Shown piece by piece: positions 50,657 to 64,000 of a DNA stretch of 64,000 bases. Source of the stretch: Peribolospora baueri (Eukaryota); the NCBI GenBank assembly GCA_029717555.1, contig JAMDHS010000018.1, forward strand, positions 124,001 through 188,000. Reading direction: 5' to 3'. A program made the position numbers and the translations under genes. The notes below the pieces were generated by a model, which ran no database searches, had not been told where the DNA came from, and was given only the letters and a program-made list of their open reading frames with translations. Every line of letters begins with the position of its first letter. The first letter of the stretch is position 1.

Positions 50657-52036
50657 GGTGCATGATCCGGGTTAGCAGTCTTTCCGTGATTTGATTATGG
50701 CTTCAGTTGACGACCCCTTACCGCTCGACTGGTACGCGCGACTTAGGTGGAGGAGGATGTGATTTCACATACAACTTCGTAGACGGTGGCCAAACCGTGG
50801 GAATTTGGCCATACTGCGCCCCAGACCCCTATGTACTACCATTCACACTCCATCAGGAGGAATACCTTCACGATTCTTACTCACAGCTATAAGTCAAATC
50901 ACAGGTGCAGCCTATATGCGTGGTCTCCCGCGATGAAAGTCAAATGGTGATGATATGCTGCCGTGTCGGTACCGAAGTTGGGGCAATTCTTCGGCTAACT
51001 TTACTCCACAGCACACATCACTGTGTCACGACCAATCGCGATTATGTCGGCAGAAAAAATGCCTTGTGCTCTACGATCTCTCCCGCCCCGCCGACCTCTC
51101 GCCCATTATCAACTTAAATTTTCAACTCGCTTCCGACACGGAACAGGGGTGTCATCAGGTCCGTAGGCAACTGTAAGTGCCAGAGATATGAAGCGTACGC
51201 CGAATTATTCAGGTTTGAGGAGCTCTCATATGCCCTTTTTTTTTAAGTCAAAAAAAAAAATTCACGGTTATCACCTTTTCGCGCTTGTGCATCACTTAGA
51301 ACAGTGTCTTCCATAGTGCCAGGATTTCATCCCCTCGCATGCATCTGTCATAATTTTGCTTTCCTTATAGAATTGCATACGTATAAACCTAGGGAGACAC
51401 CAAACATTTTTAGTGAAACTCCGGTTCAGAATTTTCGTGCGCATATGTCTCAATTCCCAGAGTTTTTCCGTCCCCCTGAAAAAATTCTGTTACAAAACTG
51501 ATCACCACCCAAACAACTTCGATGCTCATTCATCTAACAATGGCGATATTTCTTCTGTGCCGGGGATCCATCCACCAGTAATAATTCAGGCGAATACGGC
51601 CTTTTCTGACGCGTCTTAGATGAAAGAGATCATCTCGATCACTTTGCTGCTCGAGGCAAAGATCTGACTACAGTTGACCCTGTCTGTTAGCATACGGTTG
51701 TCTTTGTATAGAGCATAGCGATCGTCAAAAGCTTGAATTCATGTCTTGATGGACGCCATCGACTGTGTCAAGAATTGCGGAAACTAGGAATAGATCACTC
51801 TGTATAGTCAGCCTCTCGCATACTGCATAGCCCTCGGGCAATAACGTGTATGCTTATAGACATGGTTGACTGTATTTTTATTGGATTTATTATGTGTATA
51901 AATGTCTCAACGCCCATCAACAAGGAGCGTCCTGTCCCAACCATGTTTCGTTCTAATGGTCTGATCCAAACAAGCCCGTCCTGAGCTGACGTCCGTTGAT
52001 ATCAGGTGAACACATTGAAAGAGGCAGCAAAATCCA

Positions 52037-54320
52037 TCACAGCTTGGCCGCCCCCCAGCGCCATATCCACCCCTTCTTCTCGACTCCTGGCAGAGGATCA
52101 GGCAGGTCCCTCTCCAACATCTTGGTGTTGAGCAGGTGAGGGCCCAGTTGATCGAGCGAGATGACGCCCAGAAGCTTGAGAGTCGTTTCAATCTCATCGC
52201 GGAGGACTGGGGGCGTCATGAGCAGGGAAGGGTTGAAAAACAAAGTTGTGTAAGTAAGAATAGACGTTCAGTAAGCTCACAGGTCGGCAAGCAGTTGAGC
52301 GTTGTGCAGCCTATGCCATTCGCACTCGCTTTTCCACGGTGATCAATCGAGTCCTCTCACCTTCGATGCCCTTCCTAACGCCTGGCTCACCCCAGGCCAA
52401 AGCATACATGAACGCCCTCCCCAACCCGACGGCCCTAGCACCCAAGCAGAGTGCTTTGACCACATCGGTGCCTCTCCACACGCCTCCGTCCAGATAAATC
52501 TCCGGGGCACGGCCCGTGCGAGAGAGGGGGGACACGCGTGTAAAGAAGGCCGGATGGTGGAGGCGGAGGGAGAGGAGGGTTGTGAGTGGGGGTGGAGCGC
52601 TGCACAGAGATGGAAGCATCTCGCTGGTGTCAGCGTGAAAATGGAAGCATCTACCTCACGCCGTGTGGAGCGGCATGTCATTCGATGAACGCACCCATCC
52701 AAAGCCCTCCCGCCGTGATTGCTGAGGTAGATGACATCACATCCCAGTTCCGCCGCCTTGAGTGCATCTTCAACGGTCTGGATGCCCTTCACCCCGACGG
52801 GGAGATCGGTAAGCTTGCGAAGCCAGGCAATGTCTTTCCAACTGTGCAGAAGACAGGCAGAAGATGGAGTAAGAGTGAGCGCGCCAAACTGTTCACGACT
52901 TGCTGATTCCTTGTCCAACCAAAGCATCACTCGACATGGAGCGGGAAAAAACACACCTCAAAGCAGGATCGATGTAAGTGCCCATGGTCCTTCCTATTCC
53001 ACCGCCCTTGGAGTCGCTTGCATACTGTGCTCCGGAGATGGATGAGGTCTTCACATGGACAACATGTGATGCCCTCCGGTCAGTGCCATCGAGTATGAGG
53101 AAATGGGCAGCGTCGCATGAATCCCGATCGTGTGCGGCAGGGAGAGTGGACGCACCATTCCCGCCAAGTCGGCCTTGCTCCTCTCATCCGCCTCTCGTTT
53201 TCCAGGTGTTGCAGCATCGACGGTGACAACGATGGCTTTGACACCTCTGCGAGCGGTGCCCGCACCATCGTCGAGTGAACACACCTTTCGAACCAGCGCC
53301 TCCGCCTTGGCACGGTCCTTGTTGACGTACAGCTGGAACAGGAATGGCGGGACAGGATCGACGGTTGTTGTGTTCGATGGAGCAAACCTTCTGGCGGAGA
53401 GGATGCTCTCGACGGTGGCGCTGGCGTTGCTTGAAATCATCATGCCCACACCCTCCACTCCGGTTGCGCGAGCGAGCGCACGTTCACCCTCGGGCTCTCC
53501 GGACATTTTGGCCATGCCGGCTGGAGCGACGAATATGGGGAGAGAGACCTTGTGGCCAAGGAGGGTGGTAGACGTGGTGACAGTGGCGACGTTGACTAGT
53601 GTGCGGGGGAGGAAGAGCACCGAGGAGAAGGAGGCGCGGTTCAAGCCAAGGGCTGAGGGACGGCATTGAAGAAGAGGCCGTCAGTCAAACATAAAGTTCT
53701 GATCACACTTGAAGGCGGGTAGGGAGCACTCACTGACTTCGTCCGTCGCACCGGACGATATGTAAGCCCAGGCTTTGAGAGTGAGCACACGAGGAGCCGC
53801 CTCCTGCTCACGGAAGTGAACGAGAGATGACACATCATGAGCACTCGAGACCAGCACCGTTCAACGACACTGACCTGTATCTGCTGGCCATCGACGCTTC
53901 CGCCAAGATGAAGGGAAGAAAGACGTGGCGCACCTCGAAATCCTTCAAAGAGATGATCTGATCCACCGGCGGCTTGACCCACTCTTCCTTTCCTCCTTTC
54001 TCCACCTTGTTCCGCGCTACTGCCACCTGTCCGCCGAGCAGCTTGGCTCCAACCCTTTCGCTCCCTGCTAGCTTCTCCCGAGCGCCCTCTACTTCACCAA
54101 GACACTCCTCCGGCTTTAGCAGCTCTTCGACGGTGCCGGGCGGATGGAAGCTGTCAAATTCGACGGTCGCATCTTTGCCCGCGTAGCGGAGGATAACGTC
54201 CTGCCCTCCGGGATGGTCGGGGAGGAAGCGGGTCACGTTCCACGCCTTTCCGTGGAGGATGATCCAGCAGTCGGAGGCGGTGTTGTGCTTGGCGACGTCG
54301 ACGAGGGCGAGGGCCGGCAT
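52037..54320 (-). CDS. Flavocytochrome b2-like L-2-hydroxyacid dehydrogenase (cyt b5 plus FMN_dh), multi-exon
   Basis: [89 protein letters not shown]. Confidence 0.92.
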
Positions 54321-54549
54321 GGCGGATCTATGAGCGTGAGGAAGTGTGAGACAGGGTCTGTTCTGCGGTGCTGGTAAAGAGATGGGTCAGTTGGTAGAGA
54401 GATGGGATGAGCGCGCTGTGACGGTCAGACAGTAGGTAGATGGATCCATTGAGCGCTTCGATGCGTTGCTTCGGATGGCCGTAAGTGAACAGCTCAGCTC
54501 AGCTCAGCTCGGCCGTCGGACCGGCCGCGTCCCCCTGGCCGACTGCGGC

Positions 54550-55080
54550 GAGTGGAGTCGTCTCCGCATTCGCCGGTGACACGTGCCCCTCCTGCCAGAG
54601 AACTCAGATTGTAGCGCACTTCCTCCTCTTCTGCCCCAGGTGGCGAGAATCATCGCCGTCGCCTTAGAGAATCCCTCGCTGCGCGCCGACTCCCCACCCA
54701 GGACCTACACACACTCCTCTTCGATCCCCTCGCCCTTCCCTTGACGGCCCGGTTCCTCAGAGACACTGGCCGCTTCCTCCCCTTTGGAGAAGGGTCAGGC
54801 GCCCGCTTCATCACCGATGCCGCCTAGGCCATACCTTCCTCGCACCGATCCCCCACTCACTCCATAGCGACCCTGCCTGCGACACCAATGCCCATTTGCG
54901 CTCCCCTGCGATCTCCATTTTGGGGTATGCTGTACAGACGTTTTGAGTCTCTGTTCCCTCCCCTTTTCTACACCCGCCGTTCGGCTGGCGACGGCTACCG
55001 CAGTTGCCCTAACCGCAGTCTGGCCTTCCCATTGTTGCGTCTCTCTATAGTCCCTCGAGGCTGTTCAGCGTCCTGGGCTC
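54550..55080 (+). mobile_element. 5'-truncated Tad1-like LINE remnant (ORF2 C-terminal CCHC plus 3' UTR)
   Basis: CPSCQRTQIVAHFLLFCPRW then, after a frameshift, RRRL...L.TLLFDP..TARFLRDTGRF. ATAGTCCCT..AGG at 55047-55060 resembles the 3' motif of the 23.5 kb LINE ends. Confidence 0.7.
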
Positions 55081-55206
55081 GTGACATACCGCAGCAGTTT
55101 TCACGTGATCTACTGCGGTAGTTGTCTTGCAGGCGGGAAGACCATCATGGATATCATCTTCACCCGGATCATCCACTCGTTCTTGTGTCCCATACGATCA
55201 GTCAAG

Positions 55207-55894
55207 ATGGCTTCTCTCCTCCCTCTCGGCCGCGGCGCGTCCTCTTCGCGTTCAAGTCGCGCGCTTGTTCTTTGCTCCTGTAGCGCCGCCACCTGTCTCT
55301 CCGCACCTCGACGACCGCTCTCCATCCTCGCCTCGTCCGCCGTCTCGTCACCACAACCCTTCACCCGTTCCATCTTCCTCCCCCTGTCCCTCTCCCTTCC
55401 CTCCATCCCAACGCCTTCAAGCCTCCTGCGAAGGTCTACAGAGTATCTCCGCGACACCCTGCTCCCGCTCCTCCCGCCCGTCCTCAAGGCCGTTCCCAAG
55501 AAGAAGGTTTCCCATTCGCGCAAGGCTATGCGCAGCGCGAATAAAGGGGTGAAGGACCGGACGAGTGAGTCCCAGAGATTATCAAGCCGTGGCGGCGGGT
55601 CGGTGTGGGCGATTTGCTCTGCGGGGTGGAGCCGACTGAGCCGTAGCTGGTTCCCGACCGTCTGACTCCTTTGATGGCGTCCGCTCAACCGTCTCCTTTC
55701 TTTCCCTTCCTTCCGCTTCTTTTCTCGCGTCTTCTCCCCCACTTTATCTCCCATCATCCGACCCAACCCCAGACTTAGTCCACTGCCCAGCCTGCGGTGC
55801 GCCCAAGCTCCAACACCACCTCTGCGCCTCGTGTTACTCCCAGATCCACCGTGAGATCAAGGCTGAGAAGAGGGCAGCAGCCGCACGAGGCTAA
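55207..55894 (+). CDS. MRPL32: Mitochondrial ribosomal protein bL32m, 2 exons
   Basis: Presequence-like N-terminus, AVPKKKVSHSRKAMRSANKG; intron 55565-55772; NLVHCPACGAPKLQHHLCASC; TAA at 55892-55894. Confidence 0.93.
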
Positions 55895-56346
55895 GAAACG
55901 CGGCGGGCATCCATCTGCCCTCGGCAGTTTGTGCGCCCGTCCGTCCGTCCGCTCGTTCGTTTGTACGCACCTCGGGTGCGATGTGCGTTGGTGGTCTCCG
56001 CCTGGCACAATGATGAGTCATTGGAATCCAATGGCGACCAGCCAGTCCATCCTTCTTCGCTTTTCGTATCCGCCTCAGCCATGGCCAGTGCTCGTCCACC
56101 AGCGCTACCCTGGTGAAAACTAGATTAGACGGGGGAAGAAAGGCATAAGAACAAGGCCTGATCGCTAGCGAGCAAGGGAGAAAATAAAGGGCGAAACCGA
56201 AAGCGTCTATGGATATGTTCATTTTGAAGAGTATGGTGATCGATGGGTAGATAGATGGATGGATCGGAAGTTGGCCTGCCCCACCACCTTTCGCTAAAAA
56301 ACAGATCGAGGGGAGTCATTCTATGCGTACACAGAACGACCAAAAT

Positions 56347-58414
56347 TCACTTGCTCCTCTTGTACACCTTGTTCAAAAAGACGCTGAACACGCCCCTCTT
56401 CAAGCCGACGCCTTTGTCGCCGACCTCGGGGACCGCGTCGATGAGGGCGCAGATGCGCTCGTAGCTCTCCTTTTCGTACGACGCGAACCGGGTCGGCAGG
56501 TCCACTTGGGGAGACGAGAAGACAGCCTTGACGCGCGCTTCGCACTCGGCCTCTTTGCGGCCATAGTTGTCCTTCCGAGCGGTTTTTTTCATCGAAGATG
56601 CCGTGTGGGGGAGAGATCGGATCAGCACGTGTCTGCCGGTAAGGTTAAAGGACACCGTCATCAAACTCACGTCCAAAATCTTCCTCTGCTCCGGCGTAGC
56701 ATGCTTCAAGGCGACGTTGATGTTCCAGGAGCACTTGTTGTCCAAGATGTCCGTCCCGATCTTGCCGATCACCTCGGGGGCGCCGTAGCAGTCGAGGTAG
56801 TCGTCCTGGACCTGGAAGTACTCGCCGAGGGGGATGAGGATGTCGAGCGCCTGCTCGTACAACGCCTCGTCCGTGATGCCGGCCATGCGCATCGCAAGGG
56901 CTACGGGGAGGTAGAAGGAGTAGAAGGCCGTCTTGTAGACGACGATTAGATGGTGCCTGGGGGAGGACAGAAAGGAGCACATCGCACAGAGAGGCGGACA
57001 GAGACGAACGTGTGAGGGACGTGACGAAGGTACAAACGACGAGCGTGCGAAACCTCACCGACACCCGGTGACACGTACTTCTCAAGCGAAAATTTGGACA
57101 GGTCCACCACGTTCTCCGGGGCGGTGAGGAGGTCGAGCAGCTGGCCGATGGTCGTTTGGAAAGTCGTCTGTGGCGATGGAGATAAAGGGAAAAAATTGCG
57201 TCAGGGCCATGGTTCGAGCTGCTTTGCGCACACCATTCACGCTCGCGACGGCGCGCGATCTTCCGCATCAGTTCGGCCCGGCCCGCGCGCTCGCTCGCTC
57301 GCTCACCTCGTGGAAGTGCTCGAGCAAGTAGACGTAGTAGCTCTCGCTGCGGAAGTGCTTGCGCAAGAGGAAGTAGATAGCCGCCTCGATCATGAACGAG
57401 TCGTTCACGGCGATGGTGCCAACGTGCTCCTGCGTTCGTGTGAGTGGACAAGGCCGTCCGTGAGCAAGGCGTTAGCAAGGCGATGGGACATTACGAACCG
57501 GCGAAAAGAAGGAAGGAGAAACAAAAAAGGAACGGACCAGGCGGTACCAGCAGGGCTGTCCTCGTCGGGTGATGGACTGGTCCATCATATCGTCCGAAAC
57601 CAAGAAGTACGCTTGGAGCTGGATTGATGGTCCGTTGGGTAAGCGAGCCAGCAAAAGGAAAGAGCAGCGACGGGAGGCAGTGGACGTGCCGAATTCACGC
57701 AAGGAAGATCGGCGAGAGTGACGTACCAGTTCGATGCACCATCCCAAAACGGCCGCACGGAAGTACTCGTCCTGCCCGAGCGGCTCACCCTTGAGGATCT
57801 CAAGCGAGTCGACGACGGACATGCCCCTGTTGAGCTTTCCTGTTGGGCGTGGGGGAGGTGTGGAAGGCGGGGCGCAGACGGACGTTAGAGGGGAGGCGAC
57901 ACGGCGACACGGACATGGGAGGGCCGGTGAGGAAACAAAGTATTCACCTCCCACGGAGTTATAGAACAGGGATTTCTTGTACCAATCCTTGGCCTCTTGG
58001 GGTACGCCCACCTTGTCGACGTAAGCCAGGACCTCGTCGGCGATGACAGGGAAGATGTCCTCGAAGCGCTTTCGTCGGGCTTGCTTGTCTGCGACGAGGA
58101 AATGGTAAAACGTCATGATGGACCAGACAATGCGATGCGATGCGAGGTCAAGGTTGAGGGCGAAGTGGGAGAGGGGAAAAAGGATGAGCCAAGTCGACAT
58201 GCGAGCCAAGCTACACCGGAAGGACGTCCTGACCCCGGAGTCCGGACCTCAGGCGAGCGGATAACAACCGATCTCGGCCGGGGCAACTGCCAGTTCATCC
58301 CCTCAACCCCAACCCAGTCCCGCCAACCCGGCCATGACAAGGACAGACATACGGCGACAGGGTGAACGCACCGTCCGCGGGAGCAGCGGCCCCGTTCGTC
58401 TGGGCAAGTGCCAT
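56347..58414 (-). CDS. ERG20: Farnesyl diphosphate synthase, multi-exon
   Basis: [91 protein letters not shown]. Confidence 0.96.
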
Positions 58415-59149
58415 CTTCGCGTGTGCTGTGCTGTGCCTGCCCTGATCGAGGAAGGAGGGAAGGATGCAAAGTCTAGGTGCGGGGTGCGCACGGAGCGTTA
58501 GAGTGGGGAGCCGGAGAAGGGGGAGATGAGAGCCGGGGAGGATGGCGATGGCGATGACCGTTCGTCGTTGTCGTTCCTTCTTTCGTCCCCCTTTGCTACG
58601 GCTTATGTTTGCAAACAAAACGCAGTCCATATCTTTGCTGCGGTAGGAGAGTTTGCCGAGCCCGGCTCGCTCGACGCCTTCCGCGGAGTTTGGGTGGCCG
58701 AAATAAATGGATCGCGTCGTTGCTCTCATCCTCACTCCGCGATATCCTTGCGCTGAGAGTAGACAGCGGATCGCGTTCTTCTCTTCCAATCTGAGCCTCC
58801 CATTTTCATATGGTCCACGCGGAGCACGTCGCAGGTGGTAACCGGTGGAAAGTACACGGAAGATAGGTCCCAGATGCCGCTGGTACCCCTCCCTCGGCTT
58901 GGCGCAAGGCGGGTGTCCTCCCCCCGTGCAGAAGAAACGGTGTCCCCCCTCCCCAAGGACGCGACCATCCTCCCCGTACAGCTCCCTCTTTATTCTCCCT
59001 CCTTCAGCCGACCAGCACAACCAAGCATTCAGAATGGCCCCTCTTTCTGTGAAGTAAAGCGCATCTTCAATGCATGACCACCGGCGCATCTGCCGACTGG
59101 CTGAACGAGCGCGCCGGCCAGCCGAACGACGGCGCCCCGCGCCCGCGAA

Positions 59150-60249
59150 TCACTGGCCTTGCCGAGCGGCCCTGGCCTCGAGTTCGACGCGACGGGCTTC
59201 GGCGGCGGCCAGACGGGCCTCAAGGGCTTGGAGCTCTGACTCTTGGCTGGAAGGAAGGCGCGAGAGGAGGAGTAGAGGCATGTCAGAACCGACGGAAGGC
59301 TTGGGCTGCGGAGGATGGAGAGCGAAGCGAAAAAGCTCACGACTGCACGCTCGATTGCCTGGAAGGTGTGCGTCAAGAGACGGGTAGAGGGAGTGGGGGT
59401 GAGGAAGAGAGGAATCAAGAGTGGATGGGGCGTCCGTACGGACGCCATTACGATCCGCCATTAGCGAAGACCGCGCGATGCCGAGGAAACCGTAGAGCCC
59501 ATTCCGAGACGCAAAAGCAGAGGCAGACGCCAAGGCGACAAGACGTGCAGACGGACTCACTTCTCCCTAAGCCTCCTTTCCATCTCCTCCGTGGAGACGT
59601 TCCCATCCTGGTTTGAGTGCCCGTGCGGGTTCTCGCCCATGCGCACGCTCGCCGCCGCGTCCATCGCGCGCTCCACCTCGGCGCGCGCGGCGTCTTGGAT
59701 CGCCCGCTCGTGCGCGTCGTGTCGCCCTTGGGCTGCGTTGAGAGAAGCCTGGAGCTGCCCTGCGGTGAGGCTGAGGGGCGGGCGCGGACAGAAGGAAGAG
59801 AGGGGTGAAAGAAAGAGGGAAGTGTGGGCGTAGAGAACGTCGAAGGAGAGGGAAGTCGTATCTGATAGCAGGAACCCCCGCGACAATAACAGGACAAGCA
59901 ACGACTTGGCGCTTCCCGAGACGACCAACAGGTCGGGCATATGGACACGTAACACGGAAAGGAAAGAACCACCGCGCAACGGACGCCGGGTACAGAGTGT
60001 ATGTAGTCCGGAGCGCCGGTCGCCGACGGTCCTACGGGCCAACCGGGGCTTATATGCGCTCGCTCGCTTTACGAGGCCGTCGCGAAACAAGGAAAACAGA
60101 GAGAGAGAAGAAGAAGAGTGGAAAAGAAGAGAGATCAGGGCTCACTTGTGACCGGGATTCGCCTCCGCCTCCCTCTCGAGCCTCTGAGCCAGGTGGGGTG
60201 GCATGCTCTCAGCCAAGCTGCGGTGCTGCTGGCCGTTGGGGTCGGACAT
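59150..60249 (-). CDS. Small coiled-coil hypothetical protein, ~3 exons
   Basis: MSDPNGQQHRSLAESMPPHLAQRLEREAE../LQASL..EEMERRLREK/ESELQALEARLAAAEARRVELE; GTGAG donors at the exon ends. Confidence 0.6.
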
Positions 60250-61660
60250 GGTATGGTGTGTAGATGGCGGGGTATGGGGGTGTGGTGGGTAGCGAGGCGA
60301 GCGCTCAATGTGCAGTCGGTTGCGTCGATGGCGATGGCGATGGAGGCCGGAGGGACCGTTGGGGGTACGCCGTGGAGGACGAAGGAAGTGGTGGGTCGGA
60401 TCTTCCTTCCCCTGACTAGTGAAGTGACCCGCAACACGCGCGGCGATTGTAAATGCGCTGCTTAGCGGCCATTTCAAATGCCTGCTTATCAGCTCGTAGT
60501 TCGTCCAGCGCCCGGAACACGTGGCACTACGTCATCTAATTACCCACTCAAACACCTCACTTGTATCGCTTGTGCCGCTTGTATGTTGTACCCCGCCGCC
60601 GTGCGCCGCTCTCCGTTTGTCATAAATAGTTGGGGGGAGCGACGACGACACACCAAGTACATATGTGACTTTACGACGACGAGTCCGCTTGCTGCAGGCT
60701 GAGCGAGCGCAGGATGTGCGTCGGACACGTTGAAACGCCACACGAGATCGCACGCAGAGTGAGTGCATGCCGCACGGCGCGGCGAGGAGGAATCGCGTGC
60801 AAGGTGCGGGCGCAGCGTGCTCGTCGAAAGAAGAGAAGAGAAGAGTCGAATCAATCCCCTGTGGACGACCGCGAAAAAAGGACGTCCCCTCTTCGTCGAG
60901 CACGGAAGGAACGGGGATCGCCGGTCCACTCCGCTCCTTTCTCCTCGCTCCACACACTCTCTCTCCTTTCGTTCGCACCGGACGCCTCGTTCACCCCGGC
61001 TCGGCCGGATGCAAGGTACGGGCTCGTGTGCGATGCGAGGCGAGTGAGCGGGCCGACTACTTCTCGAAGAGGGAGTGGGAGCAGGGCCCGACCGAATAGA
61101 GGAGACAGACAGACAGACAGACACACAAAGTCGTCCTTTCCTGGAAGCGGCAGCCGCCGCACCCGGCCGGCACCCGCACGATCGTCGATCGTCGATGCTG
61201 AACCGAGCCGAGCCGATCGGATCGGCAAAACCGTCGCTCTTGTTTGGCAAGACGGACGGACGGATTGATTTGCAAGCTAGGAGCGGAGGTTGTAGTACGA
61301 GACCGGACGGCATGTAGGTAGGTACGTAGGTACGTGAGCAGGTAGGTACGTGGGTTGGCGTGCGAGAGAGAGATGAATGAATACACATGGATGGATGGGC
61401 TGTGGGCCGGACCGGGCGAGGTCGCCGACGGCGGGAGAGAATGGGATAAGGGGGAGGGAGTGAGGCGCCCGAGAGCGGCGGAAGACCCTCCGAGCGGCCT
61501 GATCGCGTCTGACCGAGGCAGGTGGACGGACAGAGCAGGCTCGATGGGCGGGGCGACGGGTGCGACGGGCGGGGTGTGGAGAGGCCTAAGGACAACCCTT
61601 GCCTTGCCGCCACGGCGCCTTCGTGTTTCCCTCCCCGGTCCCGGTCCTCGTCATCGCAGT

Positions 61661-63322
61661 CTAAATGGGCGGCGTGGGAGGCACGGCGGACGGATCGGCC
61701 GGCTCTCCTCCAGACTCAACCATGATGCCCAAGCCGATCTTAGCCGCGTTCTGTTCGCGCGGCAAGAGAGAGGAGAGCAGAGGAGAGCAGAGGAGAGGAA
61801 AGCAGAGGAGAGCAGAGGAGAGCAGAGCGGAGGAGAGCAGAGGACGATAGGAAGCGCGGACGGATGAGGTCAGCGAGAACGGCGCATGTCAGGCGAAGAA
61901 AAGAAAATAAAGTCCGAAACCCGCTCTGACGGAACGCCGACACGACGCACCTTGAAGTGATCGATCTCCCCGGCGACCAGGAAGGCGAAAGCGGGGCTGA
62001 ACCTCTGCTCGAGCAGCGCGGACACCTTGCCGGTCGAGTCGATCTGTCCGCGGAAAGTTGACATGCGGAAGTCGTACTTGACGCCGGCCGTCGCGACGGC
62101 CTCCCTCCTCGTACTGGCCGCCAACGCCTGGAGGTCGAGCCCGACCTCGACGCGCTCGTTAAGCTTCTGCCAGTACGTGGCTTGGAGCACGTTCGAGCCC
62201 TGCACCTGGGCCGTGGCGATCCAGTCGCCCTTGTCGCCGGTGTACTTGGCCAGGTAGGACAGCGTGGCCTCCTCGATGTCCGGCGTGGGGCGCTGGTAGA
62301 GCGTCTCGACGCCGAGGGCGATGTTGCGGGAGAGAGACTGGATAAAGTTGGCGATGTAGATGCCTGTGCCGTCCGCCGGGGACGGGTTGAGCGCCTTGAT
62401 GTTCGCGCTGTGGTCTCGGCCTTGGTAGTCATGCTCCAGCTGCACCATGGACTGGCCTGGGGTGGCGGAGAGCTGTGGAGCGGCAAGGCAGGACGTGAGG
62501 AAGGCGTCGGCGAAACAAAGGCGACGACGGTCGCCGTCGGGCTCACCTGCGCCTGCATCTTGGAGATATGACCCTGCGTCCAACCTTGGTTGAATCGGGC
62601 GGTGAGGCTCCCTTCGTGGTCGATGCCGCCTTGCATGAACGTCTGAGGGAGGCAAGAGGAATGGGCGTTTGAAAGCGGGATCGCTCAGCGTCGATCGGTC
62701 GTGGACGATGGAGGGTCGACGACAAGACTCATCATCGCCCTCGAGAGCCCCGTTGCGACGGCGACGACGCCGCTTCGCCTCCTGCGCGGCCGGACTCACG
62801 TTCGCGCTGGCGAACACCGCTCCAAAGTTGTAGCTCGGTGGGGCGGACTGGGAGCCCAAGCTGAAGGAGTGGGTGACCTGGAAGGCAGGATTGAGGGAGA
62901 GGCCCTTGGTAAGGTCGGCGCGGGCGCCGTCGAAGATGTAGTTGGACAGGTGGGTCGCTGGGAGAGAAGGGGTAAGGAGGAGGAAGAGAGCCGGCCAAGA
63001 GAGGTGAGCAAGAAGGAGGCTCGCCCGTCCGTCCACTCTTTCTTCCTTTCCTTTCCTTCCTTCTTTCCTTCCTTTTCACGCGGGACGGGAGCTCACCCTT
63101 GACCTCCCTCTGCAAGTTCTCGACAGTGCCGGGGCTAGGCAGGTCGAGCTTGTCACGGGTGCTGCGTATGGTGGAGGCAAGGTCGAAGAAGGGAGAGAAG
63201 TAAGGGTAGAGGAAGTGTGGTTTGTACGACTCGGGGAACGGTTCCGGAGAGGCGGGGTTGATGGCGGACCATGACGAGGAGCCGGGGCCGCCGGACGGGG
63301 AGGCGGAGGGGTCGGAAGCCAT
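61661..63322 (-). CDS. TOM40: Mitochondrial outer-membrane translocase Tom40, multi-exon
   Basis: LDLPSPGTVENLQREVK, FDGARADLTK.LS.NPAFQVTHSF, QLEHDYQG.D, GVKYDFRMSTFRGQIDS.GKV, GEIDHFK/NAAKIGLG; TAG at 61661-61663. Confidence 0.96.
61766..61844 (+). repeat. (AGAGGAGAGC)n minisatellite in the last TOM40 intron
   Basis: About 7-8 imperfect 10-bp units. Confidence 0.85.
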
Positions 63323-64000
63323 GATGGGCGGTGGAGGAGTGTGAGTAGAAAGGTCCAAGAGAGCGGCAAGGAAGAGTTGCAAGGATGGGGGAGACGAAAG
63401 AAGGACAAGAAGATCGGGGCAGTCGGAGGCGAGATCGAGGCAAGGCAAGTCAGGTCAGGTCAGCTCGGCAGGGCTGGGCACTGAGGATGTGCTGGCGTCG
63501 CTCGGGGCGTGGACGGGTGCGTGCGGTGGAGGATGTTTGAGGGACGAGAGGAGGAGACCTCGGCGGGATGTGATGTGATGGATGGACGATGTGGTCTGGT
63601 CGGTCGTCTCTCTCGTTTCGCCTTCGTACGCTTTTTTCTTGCAGGCGATCGAGAGGCGGGTGGAAGGAAAAGGTCGGTATAACGCGTAGCATAGTAGTAT
63701 ATACGTGTACACGCTATGTGCGTACGACTAGTAGTCCATCCCGCGACGGCGAGCAGCAGCCAGGCGAGAAAGAAGACGAGGCGGCGGGGCAGAGAGCGAG
63801 AGACAGAGAGAGAGCGAGCAAGCCGGGCCGACCGACTACGACGACGACGGCGACGACCACCACCACCACCATCACCACTACCACGACCGCCCTTCACATT
63901 CTCTTCTGCCGACGTTCGTCTACATACAGTAGTGCGTATACGCGTCCAAGCACTCCCTTCACCGCCTCGGGTCCGGATTCGCCGCCCGTCCCAGGAGTGC

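Noticed and set aside
52037..63322. Terpene biosynthetic cluster around FPP synthase
   Set aside because: The neighbours are housekeeping or mitochondrial genes (MRPL32, TOM40, flavocytochrome b2); no cyclase or P450 is present.

Overview
Eukaryotic, GC-rich, intron-containing fungal DNA. Gene style and content point to a basidiomycete; the species cannot be determined from the sequence. Intact-looking genes: APH-like kinase, NAA50-like acetyltransferase, two ketopantoate-reductase (PanE/ApbA) paralogs, a bacterial-type mannose-1-phosphate guanylyltransferase, a histidine phosphatase, an aldo-keto reductase, a BYE1/DIDO-like protein, an NCS1 purine-cytosine permease, a Ras-GAP, a flavocytochrome b2, MRPL32, FPP synthase, a small coiled-coil protein and TOM40. 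These are interleaved with decayed DNA: a mosaic of gene fragments (ASA1-like, an internally inverted NTM1, a VAO-like oxidase), a YOR1-like pseudogene, two complementary Ty3/gypsy remnants and three LINE remnants. The most striking observation is at 18197-21006. The second ketopantoate-reductase paralog reads in frame, within one exon, into a C-terminal homeodomain. Its substrate-pocket residues are altered relative to the stand-alone paralog about 5 kb away, so it is a candidate enzyme-derived, metabolite-sensing homeobox transcription factor. Exon boundaries were read by eye (GT..AG plus frame continuity) and family calls come from recalled motifs, not database searches.
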